Positions 59,801-64,000 of a stretch of DNA of 64,000 bases are shown here, piece after piece. Numbering within the stretch: the first letter of the stretch is position 1; each line of letters opens with the position of its first letter. The DNA is from an uncultured Clostridia bacterium (GTDB lineage: Bacteria; Aerophobota; Aerophobia; Aerophobales; AE-B3A): assembly GCA_964543295.1 (NCBI GenBank), contig CAZIXA010000009.1, forward strand, positions 6,025-70,024, in the 5' to 3' direction. The translations under genes and the position numbers were made by a program. Below the pieces are notes generated by a model that worked only from the letters and a program-made list of their open reading frames with translations, was not told the origin of the DNA and ran no database searches.

Positions 59801-60189
59801 TATTGGTTAAAAACAGGTACCCATCTATATTGTCACTTTTAACATCCTCTAATTCCTCTTAATATCTATTTTTTCGAATGATTAAAGCATTACTAGCTTG
59901 AAAGCCAGCAGTTTTCGGGAAACTGGAGTTATTTAAGACAATTGCGCACCCAAAAGGCAACCTATGACATTTTCAAAGAACGATAGAATTGCGTAGATCA
60001 GTACCAAAAAGCATTTTAAATTATTTAGGGATTTCCGTTAATAATCTTATTTTTGGTTTTCATATCTTTTCATAACTTTTTCACATTACCTTTTTCTTCT
60101 CTTTCAACAGTAATCATCTGCTTTCACCTCTTTTTATCACCCCTTCCTGTAGATTAATGACTTTACCTATTATAATCTACCAAAAAGAT

Positions 60190-60621
60190 TCATTTTTTTT
60201 CTTTTTTTACATGTTTTTTTATCTCTCCTTTTAGCCAATCATGGGATGCTTCTCCCTTCATCAAATTGGAAAGTTCTGAGGTATCTTTTATCTTCATTTT
60301 GAACACCCATCCCTCACCATAAGGGTCAGAGTTTATAATGGTGGGATCATCATCCACCTCTTCATTAACAGCAGTAACCTGGCCAGATAAGGGAGCGTAT
60401 AGCTTGCCAAGCCATTTTCCTGTCTCTATGGTTCCCACTCTCTCGTCCTGTTTTACCTCATCACCTTCCTCAGGCATCTCAATATAACTTATCTCACCGC
60501 CGAGTTTCTGGGTAAAATCAGTTAATCCCACAATAGCTTCCTCCCCTTCTACTCTCACCCATACATGCTGCTTATGGTAATATAAATCATCTGGAACCTC
60601 ATAACCTTCTACAACTGCCAT
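60190..60621 (-). CDS. GcvH/LbpA-type lipoyl carrier protein
   Basis: LYY..H.W, VGLTD, IETGKW lipoylation site, INSDPYGEGW. Confidence 0.9.
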   Translation of the reverse strand: MAVVEGYEVPDDLYYHKQHVWVRVEGEEAIVGLTDFTQKLGGEISYIEMPEEGDEVKQDERVGTIETGKWLGKLYAPLSGQVTAVNEEVDDDPTIINSDPYGEGWVFKMKIKDTSELSNLMKGEASHDWLKGEIKKHVKKEKK

Positions 60622-60636
60622 CTTTTCTCCTCCTTT

Positions 60637-61470
60637 TTAGTACTCCCGGGGAAGCTCTTTTAATTGAGCGTAGCTGAATATGGGTCCATCTTTACATACG
60701 TAGAATCTTCCAATGTTACAGCAGCTACACTTCCCTGTACCGCATTTCATCCTCCTCCCTAAGGATAGATAGACCCTCTCGGGAGGAAATCTAAGTTTGT
60801 CCAGGCTAATAAGGGTATACTTTATCATTATTGGTGGGCCACAGGCTACAGCGTAGGTATTCTCCGAAGTAGTTACCTTCTCCTCCACAATCTTAGGTAC
60901 AACTCCAACCAATCCTTTCCAGTTTTCGTCCCCTCTATCTACAGTTAAATAAACCCTTAGATCATCGCTTTTTTCCCATTCTCTAAATTCTTCCCTATAT
61001 AAAAGCATTCCCGGGGTTCTTGCTCCATATACAAGGGTAATTTCTTTGAAATCACCTCTTTTAGCAAGGAGATACTTAGTTAATGCTCTTAGGGTAGTGA
61101 AGACGAATCCACCCCCTATAATAAGGACATTTTTATCTTTGAAAATATTTATCGGATAATAATTACCCAGAGGACCTCTTATCACTAATTCATTACCCTG
61201 TTCCAGGTGATGCAGGGCCTCGGTGACAACACCAGCTTTGTTCACCGTAAATCTCAAGAAGCCCTTTTCTGTCGGTGATGAAGCAATGCCAAAGGGTGCC
61301 TCCCCTTTACCAAGAATAGAAATCTCACAGAACTGTCCTGGCATAAAGTTAAAATCTTTTTCATCTTTCTCATTAAGGAAAATGAGATCCACTGTATTTA
61401 ACATTCTGTCTCCACTTTCTAAAAATGTTCTCTTTACCTTCACTGGCATGGGAAAATGGGGACTTTGCAC
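60637..61470 (-). CDS. FAD/NAD-binding 2Fe-2S subunit (FlxA/AsrB/HydG family)
   Basis: PGQF, GEAPFGIAS, RGPLGN, CGPPIM, MKCG.GKC..C..G..YVCKDGP. Confidence 0.9.
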   Translation of the reverse strand: MQSPHFPMPVKVKRTFLESGDRMLNTVDLIFLNEKDEKDFNFMPGQFCEISILGKGEAPFGIASSPTEKGFLRFTVNKAGVVTEALHHLEQGNELVIRGPLGNYYPINIFKDKNVLIIGGGFVFTTLRALTKYLLAKRGDFKEITLVYGARTPGMLLYREEFREWEKSDDLRVYLTVDRGDENWKGLVGVVPKIVEEKVTTSENTYAVACGPPIMIKYTLISLDKLRFPPERVYLSLGRRMKCGTGKCSCCNIGRFYVCKDGPIFSYAQLKELPREY

Positions 61471-61482
61471 TACAAAGCTCCT

Positions 61483-62488
61483 CTATTTTAACTCGGTTAT
61501 TTCCTTCAACACCCTTCTAACATCTATATTGACCGGACAGTTTATGACACATCTTCCACAGCCAACACAAGCCGGCTCCTTGTAGTTTTCCACAAAATAG
61601 TTAAATTTGTGCATTATTCTTTGCCTCATCCTTTCCTTGCCTGTTGGCCTTGGATTATGCCCCGATGCCTCTAAGGTGAAAAGAGAAAACATGCAGGAAT
61701 CCCAGTTCCTGACTCTTCCTTGAGAATCTACTGCCTCATCCACAATATCAAAACAATGACATGTAGGGCAAAGATAGGCACATACACCACATCTCAGGCA
61801 TTTCTCCGATAAGCCATCCCAGAAGGTAGTTTCAAACATTTTATCGAGTTTTTCCTTCGCGCCTTTTATTTCAACTTTTGATTTAATCTTTTTGACCGCT
61901 TTATCCTTAATCTCTTCTGCCAATTTTAACTGCTCATCTGTTGCCCCAGTAAAATCCTCGGTTAAAATCTGCTCACCCTTTTCAGTTAGTACATCAACAA
62001 CATACTCCTCCCCTATATCAACAAGTAGAAGATCCATGCCATCTCTTGAAAAAGGTTCTATACTAAAGGAGGTACAGAAACAACTACTGAGAGGCAAGTT
62101 GCATCTCAGACCAATAATAATGGTGTCTTCCCTTTTGTTTGTATAATAGACATCTTTGTAATCAGGGGCCTCAAAGACATTATCTAAAAGTGAGATTGCC
62201 TTTGCATCACAGGGCACAGGGCCTGATACCAAATAAAATTCTCTTTTTTTCTACCTTTTCTGTTGACTCTACTTTTCCGTTCCTGTATTTAAACATCACC
62301 TCTGATTGGGCAAAAAATATCTCCTTAGGTGATTTTTTAGAATTTTGATAATCCAGCTTTATCTCTTCTGGTTTAGTTGTTGCTCTAAAACAGTCAATTC
62401 CATCAACCTCTACTGGCGCAAAAACAGTATAATCCTTAATTAGTCTTTGAATAAACTTCTCTATTTTCTTTTTAGTAATTTTCCTCAT
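61483..62488 (-). pseudogene. 4Fe-4S subunit (FlxB/AsrA/HydB family) split by a 7-bp duplication
   Basis: SPKEIFF, FGIRPC|DA, CLRCGVC...CPTCHCF, CVGCGRC...CP; ACAGGGC doubled at 62209-62222. Confidence 0.85.
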
Positions 62489-62540
62489 AATCTTCCTTTA
62501 ATTTTTTTGGGCCAAGACCTTTCACCAGAATCACAAAGAT

Positions 62541-63596
62541 TTATTTTTCTATCTTCATAGCCTTAAGAAGATCCTCAGGTCTTACTCCAGGAGACTGAGT
62601 CTGATTTTTCTCATAAATTTCCTCTATTCTGGGAGTAAGGGTTTTCTTCTCTCTTTTACTACCAACTAATCCCTTTTCCAATTTGACAAGTCCCTCTTTG
62701 GGATAAAAAGTAAAATCACCACAAATATCAATGTCATTTATTTTCTCTCTTTCTACCTCTTGAGCTGTTTTTATCAGCCCTCCTCTAGCTTTATGCATCC
62801 CATATAGAATCTCAACCCCCTCTTTTATCTTTACCCCCTTTGGGATTTTCATTGTTTTCTTAAAAAGAAACTGAGGGGAGGTGAGATATTTTTCTACCTC
62901 CACCATTTTTCTTCTTATCCTGCTGTCTAAAACCGTGGGTTCTAAAGGACCCAGCAGTTTTTCGAATTTTTCTATTAGGACATTTCTAATTTCATTTCGT
63001 GGCGGAAAGATGCCCAATTCTTTCCTCATGGTGGTTAAATTTTCTTCCATTTTCTTGTGTACCTTGTCTCTGAATTTTTCGTCGGGAACCTTAATTACCT
63101 TTGCCATGGTATCATAATCAAAATCTAAGATAATACTCCCTACAAAAACCATAGAATTGGAAATGTTACTTCCTCCTTCTCCGGCGATTTTCTTTCTATC
63201 CTCGGTAACAATATCATTTACATATCTGAAGTTAGTTTTTATTCCAAATTCACCGTAAGTCTCTATTGGTGGTTGAGAAAAATCCTCATAAAGCTGAGAT
63301 ATTGTTGGAGGAAGATGGGGATTATCTTTGTTCAGTATGACATGGTAAAATATCTGGTCTTTATCCAGTAAAACAGCCCCTCCCCCAACCTCTCTTCTTA
63401 TAATGGGCATATTGATTCTTCTGCAGTATTCCAGATCCACCTCCTCCCTAGCGTCCTCGAAGTATCCTATGCTCAGATATTGGGTTCGGGGAGAGACAAT
63501 TATAAGGGCTTCAATCCCCATCCTGGCAAGGGTGTGAAAGAGAACCATGGCATCCTGCCAACGAACCTTACCCAAATTAAATAAATACATCCCCAT
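62541..63596 (-). CDS. lipoate-protein ligase (LplAB / sLpl-like)
   Basis: RREVGGGAV, ND...KKIAG, C-terminal KARGGLI..GDF domain. Confidence 0.9.
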   Translation of the reverse strand: MGMYLFNLGKVRWQDAMVLFHTLARMGIEALIIVSPRTQYLSIGYFEDAREEVDLEYCRRINMPIIRREVGGGAVLLDKDQIFYHVILNKDNPHLPPTISQLYEDFSQPPIETYGEFGIKTNFRYVNDIVTEDRKKIAGEGGSNISNSMVFVGSIILDFDYDTMAKVIKVPDEKFRDKVHKKMEENLTTMRKELGIFPPRNEIRNVLIEKFEKLLGPLEPTVLDSRIRRKMVEVEKYLTSPQFLFKKTMKIPKGVKIKEGVEILYGMHKARGGLIKTAQEVEREKINDIDICGDFTFYPKEGLVKLEKGLVGSKREKKTLTPRIEEIYEKNQTQSPGVRPEDLLKAMKIEK

Positions 63597-63604
63597 AACC
63601 CTCC

Positions 63605-64000
63605 TTATTTAATAAAATCCTACCTATCATCCAGCTCAAATGTAGCCAGAGGTAGCCGGGCATCAGGGTCTAATCCTGTCTCAAAATTAAAAAATTCTTT
63701 TACATCCTTATTAATCTTTTTAGTTAAAAAAGCGCAGGTTTATCTCCATAGGACAAGCTCTCTCACATGATCCGCAGTCAACACATCTCCCGGTTTGATG
63801 GTAAGCTCTGATAATATGCCAAAAGGCAATATCTGTCAAATCCAAGCTTTTTTCTATCCACTTAGGGAAGGAGGAATCAACCAAACATTCCTCGCAATAG
63901 CACATCGGGCAGGCTTGTCTACAGGCATAACATCTAATACATTTACTTATCTCGTTAGTAAAATACTCCCATCTTTCCTCTGCGGATTTTTTCTCATATT
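63605..64000 (-). pseudogene. 4Fe-4S subunit (FlxC-like), 3' part with frameshift and internal stop
   Basis: CIRCYACRQACPMCYC..C, GRCVDCGSCERACP; frameshift at A-run 63726-63731 and TAG at 63620-63622; runs off the window end. Confidence 0.75.

Noticed and set aside
60190-60621. Canonical glycine cleavage system
   Set aside because: No gcvP/gcvT in the window, and the lipoyl site is ETGKW rather than ESVKA
62207-62222. Selenocysteine readthrough of the TGA in the FlxB-like gene
   Set aside because: The TGA is out of frame with the downstream half and is explained by the 7-bp duplication
63620-63622. Pyrrolysine at the in-frame TAG
   Set aside because: No pyl genes seen, non-catalytic position, and the gene also has a frameshift

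Overview
This is a 64-kb chromosomal window from an anaerobic, probably diderm bacterium. The gene content and style suggest an uncultured lineage such as Aerophobota, but that is inference only. (1) 0-27 kb is mostly housekeeping: a PncC/Nudix/eIF2B-like operon, glyQS, ricT, a ThiI-like gene, radC, dnaE, a large TPR protein paired with a beta-barrel, and sugar/polyol catabolism genes, with REP/MITE-like repeats between them. (2) 27-31 kb is a decaying patch: a His-less kinase, TetR/ROK/ABC remnants and an internally deleted DegT aminotransferase. It also holds an unannotated 24-aa Lys/Glu-rich ORF with a strong RBS and hairpin. (3) 31-39 kb is guaA-purS-purQ-nrdD-nrdG-purL behind a hisH remnant. 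(4) 39-53 kb is an accessory patchwork with attC-like cassette boundaries but no integrase, a comM stub, nuclease/Abi remnants, and a repeated TTGACA-containing promoter element in front of unrelated genes. (5) 53-64 kb is the best candidate for an undescribed system. It combines a sulfur relay (TusA, YeeE, an exported tandem rhodanese ending in a SoxY-like GGGCG tail, DsrEFH) with Flx/Asr-type redox subunits, an LbpA-type lipoyl carrier, a lipoate ligase and a LipS1-like remnant. Parts of it are disrupted by IS elements and frameshifts. No rRNA, tRNA or CRISPR array was recognised. All calls come from reading motifs by eye; no database searches were run.
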